Assembly: GCA_963837165.1 (NCBI GenBank)
Contig: CAWIMD010000002.1
Location: 1,031,029-1,095,028 of the forward strand
Length of the DNA stretch: 64,000 nt
Source of the DNA: Vicinamibacteria bacterium
GTDB taxonomy: Bacteria > Acidobacteriota > Vicinamibacteria > Vicinamibacterales > JAENWD01
Reading direction: 5' to 3'
Part shown: piece after piece, positions 45,578 to 54,135 of the stretch
How the letters are laid out: every line of letters starts with the position of its first letter
How positions within the stretch are numbered: position 1 is the first letter of the stretch
Program-made: the position numbers and the translations under genes
Notes under the pieces: model-generated
Seen by the model: only the letters and a program-made list of their open reading frames with translations
What the model was told of the DNA's origin: nothing
Databases searched by the model: none

Positions 45578-47936
45578 TCACGGCGCCGCACGCGTCTGCT
45601 TCTGCACGATGCGGACCCTGATGGGCGTGGAGGTGTGCTCCGAGCTGGTGCCGCCGTTGGTCTCGACACGCGCCGTGACGTAGATCGTCTGCTCGACCGG
45701 CGTCGCGTTCTCGTCGGCGACGATCCAGAACGACCGGCTGTCCTGCTCCTCGGTGATGAGGATCCCGTTCAGCCCGATGTCGGGCACGGCGGCATGGAAC
45801 GGCAGGTTGTTCACCGACAGCGGCACGCGGCCCCTGAACCCGTTGGCACGCGTGATGGTCGCGGTGACCTTCGCGCGCCCGCCCGGCTCCAGCTCCACGA
45901 CGTCCGGCGTCACCGAGGCGACGCGAACGTCGGGCGGCGTGCCGACCGAGACGACGCTGACCGGGCTATCGGGCCGAGCCGTATGCGCGAGGACACGGGC
46001 GCCGCTCGTCGCATGCCCGGTCACCGCGAGCGGCACGATGGTATCGGCAGGTGCGGCGGCATCGGCCGTGAGCGTCACCGTGACGGCGTCCTCGCCGGCG
46101 AGAATGCGGCCCCGGGTCGCCGTCAGCCCGGCCGGGAGCCCGTCGAGCGACACGTCGATCGGGCCGTCGAACCGGTCCGCGCGCCACGCGGACACGGTCA
46201 CCGGCACCGTGCCGCCGCGCGGCAGGTTCGGGTTGGAGGGTGAGACGAAGAGCCGGTAGTCGGGCGACGGCGGCGCGATGGTCAGGCGATACGCGCGATT
46301 GGGACCACTCGTCCCGCGCGCGTCCGTCAGCCTGACGTAGTACGTCCCTGCGGCCGGGGCGGTGAACGTCAAGTACGAGTCCTGCCCGTACATCGGCCCG
46401 CCATCGTCGTTGCGGTACGTGAGGTCGAAGACCGGCAGCCCGTTCGGCGGGACCTCCGAGCCGGGCGGCAGCACCTCGACCTTGTACACCGGCCGCAGCA
46501 GCGCATGGCCCTCCGCCGTGGTGTCCTCGAAGCTCAGTCGCTGGCCGCGGAAGTCCACGAAGAAGGTGTCCTCGTCGGGTCCCTTCGGCAGCTGCTTGAC
46601 GCGAAGCAGCTCCCGGTCGACGTAGACGTAGTCGCCGCGGTGCAGCTCGTTCCACGCGAGCAGCCGGATGCCGTTGCCGGTGGAGCCGTGGTTCCTGGAG
46701 ATCGACGGTCGTTTCCCAGACCGGCCGTAGACGCGCCCGGGGCACGGGCCGGCCCTGCGCGTCCAGCACCTCGAGCACCGAGTCGAGCGACGAGCCGAGG
46801 CGTGCCGCCGCCACCTGGATGACGAGCCGCTCGCCCTTGCGCGCGGTCAGGCGGAAGAGGTCCGCGTCGGGCACGCCGCCGGCCTTCGTCAGGTGCCCGT
46901 TGACCGTCACGGGGACCGTCACGGCCTGGGCGATTTCGAGCCGGTCGTTGTCCTCGCGCTCCACGCGCTCCGGATAGCTGCCGAGAGCCACTTCCACCCG
47001 GTTGATCGGCTGCGTGACGCCCGGCACGCGCACCACCGCACGGTCGAGGCCAGGCTCGGGCGAGCCGGCGGTCGCGGTCGAGGCGCCATCGAGGTTGGCG
47101 CCCTCGATCTGGAGCGCCGCGCGGCCGCCCCGCGGGAGTCCCAGCGGAAATACGCTCGTGAGGACGGGCACCTCGCCGATCGTCACGCGGTAGATGTGGT
47201 GCCACCCACCGGCGGCATTCGCGTCGCCCACGCGGACGATCACCGGGCCATCGGCCGGCGGACGGTACACGAGCAGCGAGTCGCGGCCGCCCTTGAAATC
47301 GTCGTCTCGCGCGAGGGTTCGTCCCTCGGGAGACAGGAGGACGACGGTCGTATCCGCATCCGATCCGATGGCTGCCGCCACCGTGCGCACGACCAGGTCG
47401 CGACCCGCGCGGGCCTCGACGCGGTACAGGTCCACGTCGCCGCTCTTCGCGAGCTGGCCGTTGACCGTCGCGGGCGTCGCGATCGTGGTGGCCGACGCGG
47501 GCTCGTCGTTCGGCTCCTGCTCGACCAGCTCGCGTTCGATTCCGACCCACAGCGCCACGAAGTTGCTGGTCCCGAGCGGCGTGTGCAGGCGGAATCCCTG
47601 GCGCCCCGGTCTGACAGCGGCACCGGCCGTGACCGTCAGCCTGACGCGCGCCTTCTCGGCCTTGTCCTGGATGACGGCGCCGGTCTCGCCTGGCATCCGC
47701 GTGCGGATGTCGGGGCCCAGGTCCTCGAAGCCGTCGATGCTCGCGGTGAGGCTCTCGTCGGAGAAGAGCACCTTGTCGGCGCCCGCCAGGTTGGCGCCTT
47801 CGACGGTGAAGGTCGCCGTCGTGGCCCGCTGGATGCCGTACGGCGCGATCGAGAACACGACGGGCGGCCGCGTCTGCGCACCGGCCGCCAGCGGGATCAT
47901 CACCAGCCCCGCAGCGGCCGCAAATCCTCTGGTCAT
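45578..47936 (-). CDS. Large secreted protein with repeated pre-peptidase-C-terminal (PPC)/Ig-like modules; one frame break
   Basis: Repeated EQEPNDEPASA...VNGQL...DVDLYRV and EREDNDRLEIA...VNGHL...DADLFRL modules. The frame changes near 46690-46705 (WETTVD | SRNHGSTGNGIRLLAWNEL). Confidence 0.6.
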
Positions 47937-49318
47937 CGTCGTGCCACCTCGCGCCTGCCCTCCGTGGAACGCGGGCCGGCAATCAGATCGGCGAGGCGCC
48001 GGCCCGAGGCCGTCTCGAACAGCGTCACGGTGCCGTCGTACCGGCCTACGGCCAGCGTGCGGCCGTCGGGGCTGAACGCCAGTCCCTGCGACCAGTCGCT
48101 CTGCGGCGGGAGGGTCCTGACGGGCGCGCCGGTCGCCACGTTCCAGATCGTGATCTCCCGGTTGCTCGACGAGCTCGCCATCCGCGTGCCGTCTGCCGTG
48201 TACACGATCCGCAGGATGGCCCCCGTGTGCGCCAGGGTATTGCGGACGCGTGTGGCCGCCGATTCGCCGATCGTCCAGACCCTGAGGCGCTTGTCGTTGC
48301 CGCCCGCCGCCAGCTCACGGGTGCCGGGCCGGAAGGCCAGCGTCATCACGGCATCGGTGGGATCGGTGATCGTGTAGAGGCGCACGCCCTTTGCGACGTC
48401 CCAGATCTTCACCGAGCGATCGGCGGCCGCGGAGGCGAGCAGCGTGTTGTCCGGGCTGAAGGCCACGGCGAACACCGCTTCGGTATGCTCCTTCAGCACC
48501 CCGGTCAGCTTGCCCGTCGCGGTGTCCCACACCCGGATGATCCGGTCGTACCCGCACGAGGCCAGCCGCCGGCCGTCGGGGCTGAACGCCACGTGGTAGA
48601 CGTAGTCGCGGTGCCCGCTCAGCGTGAACGTGACGGCGCCGGTCGCGGCGTCGATCAACACCAGCTCGCCGAAGGCTCCCGGCGTGCCGCCCCCGGCGGC
48701 GATCTGCGTCCCGCCGGGACTCCAGGCCACCGCGCGCACCTGATCGGACAGGCCGCCCACGCGCGCCCGGACGCCGCCGCGCAGGTCGAGCAGGCGGACC
48801 TCGCGATACCCTGCCACTGCCAGCTCGGTTCCGTCCGGGCGAAAGGCAATCGAGGGAACCTCCGGGAGCACGGCGGCCTGCTGCTCCACGGGCGCCACCT
48901 TCTCGTCGAGCGAGGCGTGCCGCGGCGGCGAATACGTCGCGCCGGCCGCAATCCACGCCCGCAGCACCGCGATGTCCTCGGGCCGGAGATCGCTCTTGGG
49001 CGGCATCTTCGGCTTGGCACGCCCCTCGAGCTGCCTGATCATCGGGCTGTCGTCCGCCTGCCCGGGCACCACCGGCGGCCCGTCGTCGCCGCCCCGCATG
49101 ATGTCCTCGTAGGTTTCGAGGATGAGGCCCGCCTCGTTCTTCGCGGCGTTGTGGCAGCGGAGGCAGTTGGCCTCGAAGATCGGCGCGACGTCGCGGCCGA
49201 AGTCGGGCGCGGCCGTCGCGGCGGGTGCCGCCGTCGAGGGCGGCTGCGCCCGGGGCCCGCCCAGTGCGAGCAGCACGACGGACAGGGCCGCGCTCGCGGC
49301 GAAGGACGGCGGAGTCAT
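47933..49318 (-). CDS. Planctomycete-type cytochrome c (PSCyt1) domain plus WD40 repeat protein
   Basis: CLRCH heme motif in ...VAPIFEANCLRCHNAAKNEAGL.... Multiple WD40 blades (SGHRDYVYHVAFSPDGRRLAS..., RVWD, KIWD). Confidence 0.8.
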   Translation of the reverse strand: MTPPSFAASAALSVVLLALGGPRAQPPSTAAPAATAAPDFGRDVAPIFEANCLRCHNAAKNEAGLILETYEDIMRGGDDGPPVVPGQADDSPMIRQLEGRAKPKMPPKSDLRPEDIAVLRAWIAAGATYSPPRHASLDEKVAPVEQQAAVLPEVPSIAFRPDGTELAVAGYREVRLLDLRGGVRARVGGLSDQVRAVAWSPGGTQIAAGGGTPGAFGELVLIDAATGAVTFTLSGHRDYVYHVAFSPDGRRLASCGYDRIIRVWDTATGKLTGVLKEHTEAVFAVAFSPDNTLLASAAADRSVKIWDVAKGVRLYTITDPTDAVMTLAFRPGTRELAAGGNDKRLRVWTIGESAATRVRNTLAHTGAILRIVYTADGTRMASSSSNREITIWNVATGAPVRTLPPQSDWSQGLAFSPDGRTLAVGRYDGTVTLFETASGRRLADLIAGPRSTEGRREVARR

Positions 49319-51612
49319 CAGTGGTTGAAGAGGAACTCGCGCGACGTGAGGACCGCCCAGGCCAGGTCCTCGAGGCGCGCACGGCGGGCCGCCGGGGCCT
49401 GCGAGGCGCCCGGCCGCGTCAGCGCCCGCAGAAGGGACTCGCGCTCGGCGGGGGCCGGCAGCCGGCTCAGCGCCGAGAGATACAGCTGGTCGAGCACGTC
49501 GCCGTCGCTCTTCCCAGCCGCGACCATCCCCGCGATGACGCCGCCGTCCGCCCGGAGCTTGCCGTTCAGGGTGTCTCCGTTGATCTCGTGCAGCGCCTGG
49601 GGCAGCGTCGCGTCCTGCATGCGTTCGGCGGCGGACGTCACGATCCGGTCCGGGCGGCCGAAGACCGTCAGGAAGTACGAGTCGATCTTCGTGTCGGGCA
49701 GCTCGAGCGCCCGCGTGCCGCTCGGGAAGCCGCTGAACGCTTCCGGGACTCCGGTGACCTCCGAATAGGCGTCGAGGATGACTTCGGCCGGGAGGCGACG
49801 AATCAGGTAGTGCGAGTAGAACCGATCGTCTCTGTCATTGGCCGGCGTGGTCGCCGCCGAGCGCTGGTAGGCCGCCGAGGTCATGATGTCGCGGATCAGC
49901 GCCTTGACGTCGTAGCCGCGCTCGACGAACCGGGCGGACACCGCGCGGAACAGTGGCTCGTTCGACGAGGGATTCGTGTAGCGCAGGTCGTCCACGGGGT
50001 GCACGAGCCCCCGGCCGAAGAAGTTCGCCCACACGCGGTTCACGATGGCCCGCGCGAAGAGGGTGTTGTCGGGGCTCGTCGTCCAGCGTGCCAGGTACTC
50101 GCGACGGTCCTCGCGCGCATGGGCGGACATGGGCGTGCCGTCCAGCGGCCGCGGCGCGAGCGCCATGCCGAGCCGTGGGTGCAGGATGTCGCCGTCGGGC
50201 GTGGAGAACACCGTGGCGGTGTCGGCCTTGCCGGAGGGCGATTGATCCTCCTTGAACGAGACCCGGGCGAACAGGTTCGCGAAGGCGTAATAGTCCACCT
50301 GCGTCCACTTCTCGAGCGGGTGGTTGTGGCAGCGGGCGCAGGTCAGCGTCAGGCCGAGAAACGCCTGCGTGTAGTTCTCGGCCAGGTCGCCCGGGCTGCG
50401 GTGGATCAGGTAGTAGTTGGCGGCGCCGTTCTCGTCGGTGCGACCCGTCGCCGTGGCGATGGCGTAGACGAACCGGTCCCACGGCATGTTGGCCTTCACC
50501 GCGGCGCGGATCCAGCCGTAGAAATCGCGCACGTTGTTCTGGCCGAGCGCGCGGCTCGACACGAGCAGCAGGTCCGACCACTTGTACGCCCAGTAGTCCA
50601 CGAACTCGTCCCGCTCGAGGAGGCGGTCCACCAGCCTGGCGCGCCTGTCGGGCGATGGATCCGCGAGGAAGGCCTCGACCTCGGCTCGCGTCGGGAGGAT
50701 GCCCGCGGCGTCGAGATAGGCCCGGCGGATGAACGTGCCGTCGCTCGCGAGCGACGACGGCTCGATGTGGAGCTGCCGCAGCTTGTCGAGGACGAGATCG
50801 TCGATCGCTCCGAACCGCGGGGCGTTCGCGTAGGAGGCGTCGGTCACCGCACCCGGAAACGGCGCGCGCACGCGTGCAAGCGCGACGCCGGTCAGGAAAC
50901 TGGCGCCGATCGCGGTCTCGCCCGCCGCCTTGATCGTGACGGCGCCGTCGTCTTCCACGTGCGCCACCGTCTCGTCGCCGGATCCGAACCGCGTCCACCG
51001 GGTCACATCGGCCCGTGTGCCGTCCGTGAAGCGGGCCGTGACGCGCAGGGCCAGGTGGTCGCCCACGGCAAGCGTGTCGTCTCCCGGCGTGACCTCGAGG
51101 CTGGCCAGCGCGGGGTCGTGATCCGTCGGTGCGGGCAGCCCCGAGGCAATCCAGCCCGAGAGGATCTGGTATTCCGGCGAGCCCACCGAGAAGCGGTGCC
51201 CGCCGGTGTGCGGCACCGTCTCGGTCGGCTTGAGCAGGATCAGGCTCTTGGCCGGCTCCATCTTGTTCACCCGGCGGCCTCCGGCCTGCCGCGTGATGGT
51301 GTCGTAGTCGGCCGGCGGGTCGTAGCCGCGCAGGGTGAGTGCAAAGCCGTTCTTGCCCGCCGCCGCGCCGTGGCACGCGCCGGAGTTGCAGCCCGCCTTG
51401 GTCAGCACGGGGATGACCTGGTTGCGGAACGAGATGGGCCGGACCATGCTCAGCGGGGCCGCCCCGCCGGGCATGGCTGGGGCCGTGACGTGCGACGAGG
51501 CAGGCCTCATCGCCGCCAGGCCGGAGGACGGCTGCGCGAAGAGGGATGGGCCGCCGAGCAGGAGGCAGGCGACGCCGAGCAGCGCCGATGCCCGCCAATC
51601 GTCAGTCGTCAT
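49318..51612 (-). CDS. DUF1549/DUF1553 (PSCyt2/PSD1) domain protein with a Big_2-like insert
   Basis: VLTKAGCNSGACHG, DEFVDYWAYKWSDLL, CARCHNHPLEKWTQ and a DUF1553-type C-terminus. ATG 51612 lies inside repeat A3. Confidence 0.85.
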   Translation of the reverse strand: MTTDDWRASALLGVACLLLGGPSLFAQPSSGLAAMRPASSHVTAPAMPGGAAPLSMVRPISFRNQVIPVLTKAGCNSGACHGAAAGKNGFALTLRGYDPPADYDTITRQAGGRRVNKMEPAKSLILLKPTETVPHTGGHRFSVGSPEYQILSGWIASGLPAPTDHDPALASLEVTPGDDTLAVGDHLALRVTARFTDGTRADVTRWTRFGSGDETVAHVEDDGAVTIKAAGETAIGASFLTGVALARVRAPFPGAVTDASYANAPRFGAIDDLVLDKLRQLHIEPSSLASDGTFIRRAYLDAAGILPTRAEVEAFLADPSPDRRARLVDRLLERDEFVDYWAYKWSDLLLVSSRALGQNNVRDFYGWIRAAVKANMPWDRFVYAIATATGRTDENGAANYYLIHRSPGDLAENYTQAFLGLTLTCARCHNHPLEKWTQVDYYAFANLFARVSFKEDQSPSGKADTATVFSTPDGDILHPRLGMALAPRPLDGTPMSAHAREDRREYLARWTTSPDNTLFARAIVNRVWANFFGRGLVHPVDDLRYTNPSSNEPLFRAVSARFVERGYDVKALIRDIMTSAAYQRSAATTPANDRDDRFYSHYLIRRLPAEVILDAYSEVTGVPEAFSGFPSGTRALELPDTKIDSYFLTVFGRPDRIVTSAAERMQDATLPQALHEINGDTLNGKLRADGGVIAGMVAAGKSDGDVLDQLYLSALSRLPAPAERESLLRALTRPGASQAPAARRARLEDLAWAVLTSREFLFNH

Positions 51613-51665
51613 TCAATCGTCAATCGTCAATCAATCGTCAATCGTCAATCATCAATCGTCAATCA
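51596..51665 (+). repeat. Family A heptamer array (TCAATCG and TCAGTCG/TCATTCA/TCAATCA variants, about 10 units)
   Basis: Read directly. Includes the DUF1501 stop codon (51663-51665) and the DUF1553 start codon (51610-51612). Confidence 0.95.
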
Positions 51666-53042
51666 GAAGAGCTCCCGCACTGCCTCGACGCCGCGGTCCA
51701 CGATGGGAATGGGCCGGCCCTGCAGGCCCGGCAGCTCCTTTTCGAGATCGATGCCGAGACCGTAGAGGATCGTCGCCGCGACCGAGGCCGCCGGGATCGG
51801 CCGGTCCCTCGGGTATGCCCCCATCTCGTCGGAGGCGCCAATCACCTGGCCACCCTTGACGCCGCCACCCGCCATCGAGACCGTCCAGCACTGCGGCCAG
51901 TGATCGCGGCCGCCGGCGGGGTTGATCTTCGGGGTGCGCCCGAACTCGCCCATCGCCACGACCATCGTGCTGTCCAGCATGCCGCGCTCCGTGAGGTCCT
52001 CGAGCAGCGAGGCGTAGGCGTTGTCGAACATCGGGCCGAGCAGGTCGCGATACGCCGAGATGGGGCTGAACGGCGCCGAGCCGTGGATATCCCACGTGAT
52101 CTCGTTGAACACCGTCTCGAACATGTTCACGGTGACGAATCGCACGCCGGCCTCGATCAGCCGACGCGCAAGCAGGCAGCTCATCCCGAACCGGTTCCGC
52201 CCGTACCGCGCCTTGACCGCATCCGGCTCCTGCGACAGGTCGAACGCCGCGCGCGCGTTCGACGAGGAGATCAGGGTGTACGCCTGGTTGAACGACGAGT
52301 TCAGGAGCCGCGCGTCCGGACTCGCCTCGAATCCCTTCACCGCCGAGTCCACCAGGTCGCGGAGACTGCGACGCTGGTCGGCGCGGATCGTCGTGAGATA
52401 GTCGGGCGGCAGCAGGTCGGGCACCTGGAAGTGCGGATCGGCCGGGTCGGCGCCCAGCACGAACGGGTCGTAGGCCTTGCCGAGGAAGCCGGCCGTCTGC
52501 CCGTGCGGCATGTTGCCGCCGGTGTTCCCGATCGGGTGCGGCAGCAGGACGTGCGGCGGGATGTCGCCTTTCGGCCCTTTCAGGTACCCCAGGATCGACC
52601 CGACGTGCGGCGACTCGGTCCCGGCCTGGAACAGCCGCCCCGTCTGCATCACCTGGTGCCCGGCGTCGTGCACGGCGACGCCCGCGTAGTGCACCGACCG
52701 CAGCAGCGCGAACTTGTCGGCGTGCGTGGCCATCCGCGGAAAGTTCTCGCTGATCTGGATCCCCGGGACGTTCGTCTTGATCGCCTTGTACGGGCCTCGA
52801 ATCTCCGACGGGGCGTCGGGCTTCATGTCCCAGGTGTCGAGCTGGCTGGGCGCGCCGACCAGGAAGAGGCAGATGCAGTTGACGTCCCTGTCGGTCCGCA
52901 CGGCCCCGGCGGCCTCGAGCGCCGCCAGGTCCGACAGCGTCAGGCCGAGGCCCGCCAGGCCGAGCGCCCCGGCGTGCAGGAAGTCGCGCCGCGTCAGCCC
53001 GTCACAGAAGTGCACCGCCTTGTGAGCGTCGAGCTTGATCAT
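51663..53042 (-). CDS. DUF1501 domain protein (sulfatase/alkaline-phosphatase-like), Tat signal
   Basis: ATG 53042 (MIKLDAH...TRRDFLHAGALGLAG). FLVGAPSQLDTWDMKP and GGRDHW motifs. The upstream part of ORF 51663..53204 (SCPSCPSCP) is repeat translation. Confidence 0.9.
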   Translation of the reverse strand: MIKLDAHKAVHFCDGLTRRDFLHAGALGLAGLGLTLSDLAALEAAGAVRTDRDVNCICLFLVGAPSQLDTWDMKPDAPSEIRGPYKAIKTNVPGIQISENFPRMATHADKFALLRSVHYAGVAVHDAGHQVMQTGRLFQAGTESPHVGSILGYLKGPKGDIPPHVLLPHPIGNTGGNMPHGQTAGFLGKAYDPFVLGADPADPHFQVPDLLPPDYLTTIRADQRRSLRDLVDSAVKGFEASPDARLLNSSFNQAYTLISSSNARAAFDLSQEPDAVKARYGRNRFGMSCLLARRLIEAGVRFVTVNMFETVFNEITWDIHGSAPFSPISAYRDLLGPMFDNAYASLLEDLTERGMLDSTMVVAMGEFGRTPKINPAGGRDHWPQCWTVSMAGGGVKGGQVIGASDEMGAYPRDRPIPAASVAATILYGLGIDLEKELPGLQGRPIPIVDRGVEAVRELF

Positions 53043-53095
53043 CGGGCCCCCGGATGGGCCCCATGATACGCGCCAGGGCGCGCGAGGACCAGACC

Positions 53096-53183
53096 GGAAC
53101 ACGAAGACGGAACACGAAGGGCACGAAGGGCACGAAGGGCACGAAGGACACGAAGGGCACGAAGGGCACGAAGGGCACGAAGG
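53096..53183 (+). repeat. Family C nonamer array (GCACGAAGG/ACACGAAGG, about 10 units)
   Basis: Read directly. Confidence 0.95.
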
Positions 53184-53203
53184 CAGGAACTTCAGTTCGG
53201 CCA
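53184..53203 (+). repeat. Truncated REP-like element d (CAGGAAC TTCA GTTCGGCC)
   Basis: The right arm and loop are identical to element c in the opposite orientation. The left arm is replaced where it abuts array C3. Confidence 0.55.
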
Positions 53204-53214
53204 TCCGCGACCGG

Positions 53215-53523
53215 CTACGGAGCGGCCGACAGCACCTCGTAGTGCGTCACGAACGGCTCCCGCTCCAGCAGGAACTCGTCATCGTCCGGATAGTACCTGG
53301 CGCGATTGTAGTCGTCGCCGGCGAAGCGCCGGATGGCCTCGACCGACTCCCACAGGGTCGTGAGCACGAAGTGGGCGACGTCGCCTTCGAGGCGGCGGAA
53401 CACCATCACGCCGCGATTGCCGGGGGTCGCCGCGTATTCGGCGAGCCCGGTCCCGAGCAGGTACGCGTGGTACGAATCGGCCTTCGATGCGGGCACTCGG
53501 CCGTGCCAGATGCGAGCGATCAT
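53215..53523 (-). CDS. Antibiotic-biosynthesis-monooxygenase (ABM/Dabb)-like small protein
   Basis: MIARIWHGRV...FVLTTLWESVEAIRRFAGDD...HYEV pattern. ATG 53523. Confidence 0.62.
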   Translation of the reverse strand: MIARIWHGRVPASKADSYHAYLLGTGLAEYAATPGNRGVMVFRRLEGDVAHFVLTTLWESVEAIRRFAGDDYNRARYYPDDDEFLLEREPFVTHYEVLSAAP

Positions 53524-53549
53524 GCCGCCCAGTGTACCTGGGCGGCATG
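53521..53549 (-). promoter_or_regulatory. Perfect 12-bp hairpin CATGCCGCCCAG-TGTAC-CTGGGCGGCATG enclosing the ABM start codon
   Basis: Read directly. Lies between the cupredoxin stop (53556) and the ABM ATG (53521-53523). Confidence 0.6.
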
Positions 53550-53555
53550 CGGCCG

Positions 53556-53978
53556 TCAGCAATAGAGGCCTGTGCAGGGCGGCGTCGCGCCGCTGGTGTC
53601 GTTCACCGCGCCGATCATCGTCGGGTGGATCGAGCAGTGATAGTTCGTGCCGCCGGCGGGCAGCTGAATGGCGGCACTCGATGCGCCCGGCGCGATGTTG
53701 CCCGTGTCCCACGAGCCGTCATTGGCCACGATTCGGTGGGTGACCCCATCGGTGTTGGCCCAGGCCATCATCCGGTCGGCCGTCAGCGACGAAGGATTGG
53801 GGTTGAACGATCGGTTTCCCGCCTGACCGACGATGTTGACGGTGCCGGCTGTGGGTGTGGGTGTCGGCGTGGGAGTCGGCGAAGGACTCGGGCCCGGGCT
53901 GGAACTGCCGCCCCCGCAGCTGGCGGCGACGAACGCGAAGATGACGGCTGCAGAACGAACGAGCGATACCGCGCGCAT
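53556..53978 (-). CDS. Cupredoxin (amicyanin-like type 1 copper) lipoprotein
   Basis: Lipobox FVAASCGG and a Pro/Thr linker. Ligand pattern ...THRI... and C-S-I-H-P-T-M (Cys-x2-His-x2-Met, as in amicyanin). Confidence 0.62.
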   Translation of the reverse strand: MRAVSLVRSAAVIFAFVAASCGGGSSSPGPSPSPTPTPTPTPTAGTVNIVGQAGNRSFNPNPSSLTADRMMAWANTDGVTHRIVANDGSWDTGNIAPGASSAAIQLPAGGTNYHCSIHPTMIGAVNDTSGATPPCTGLYC

Positions 53979-54135
53979 CCAGACCTCCTCTGGTTGATGA
54001 CGCGGCGAACAGGAGCACGAACCATACCAGGGCTCGTTCACGGCAAAGAGCCCCGAATCTCCGTAGCGGGCGCGGGCCGGGTTACCTCGCCCGTAAGAGC
54101 TTTCGGACCGCGTCGCGGCGCGCCAGGTCAGAGGC

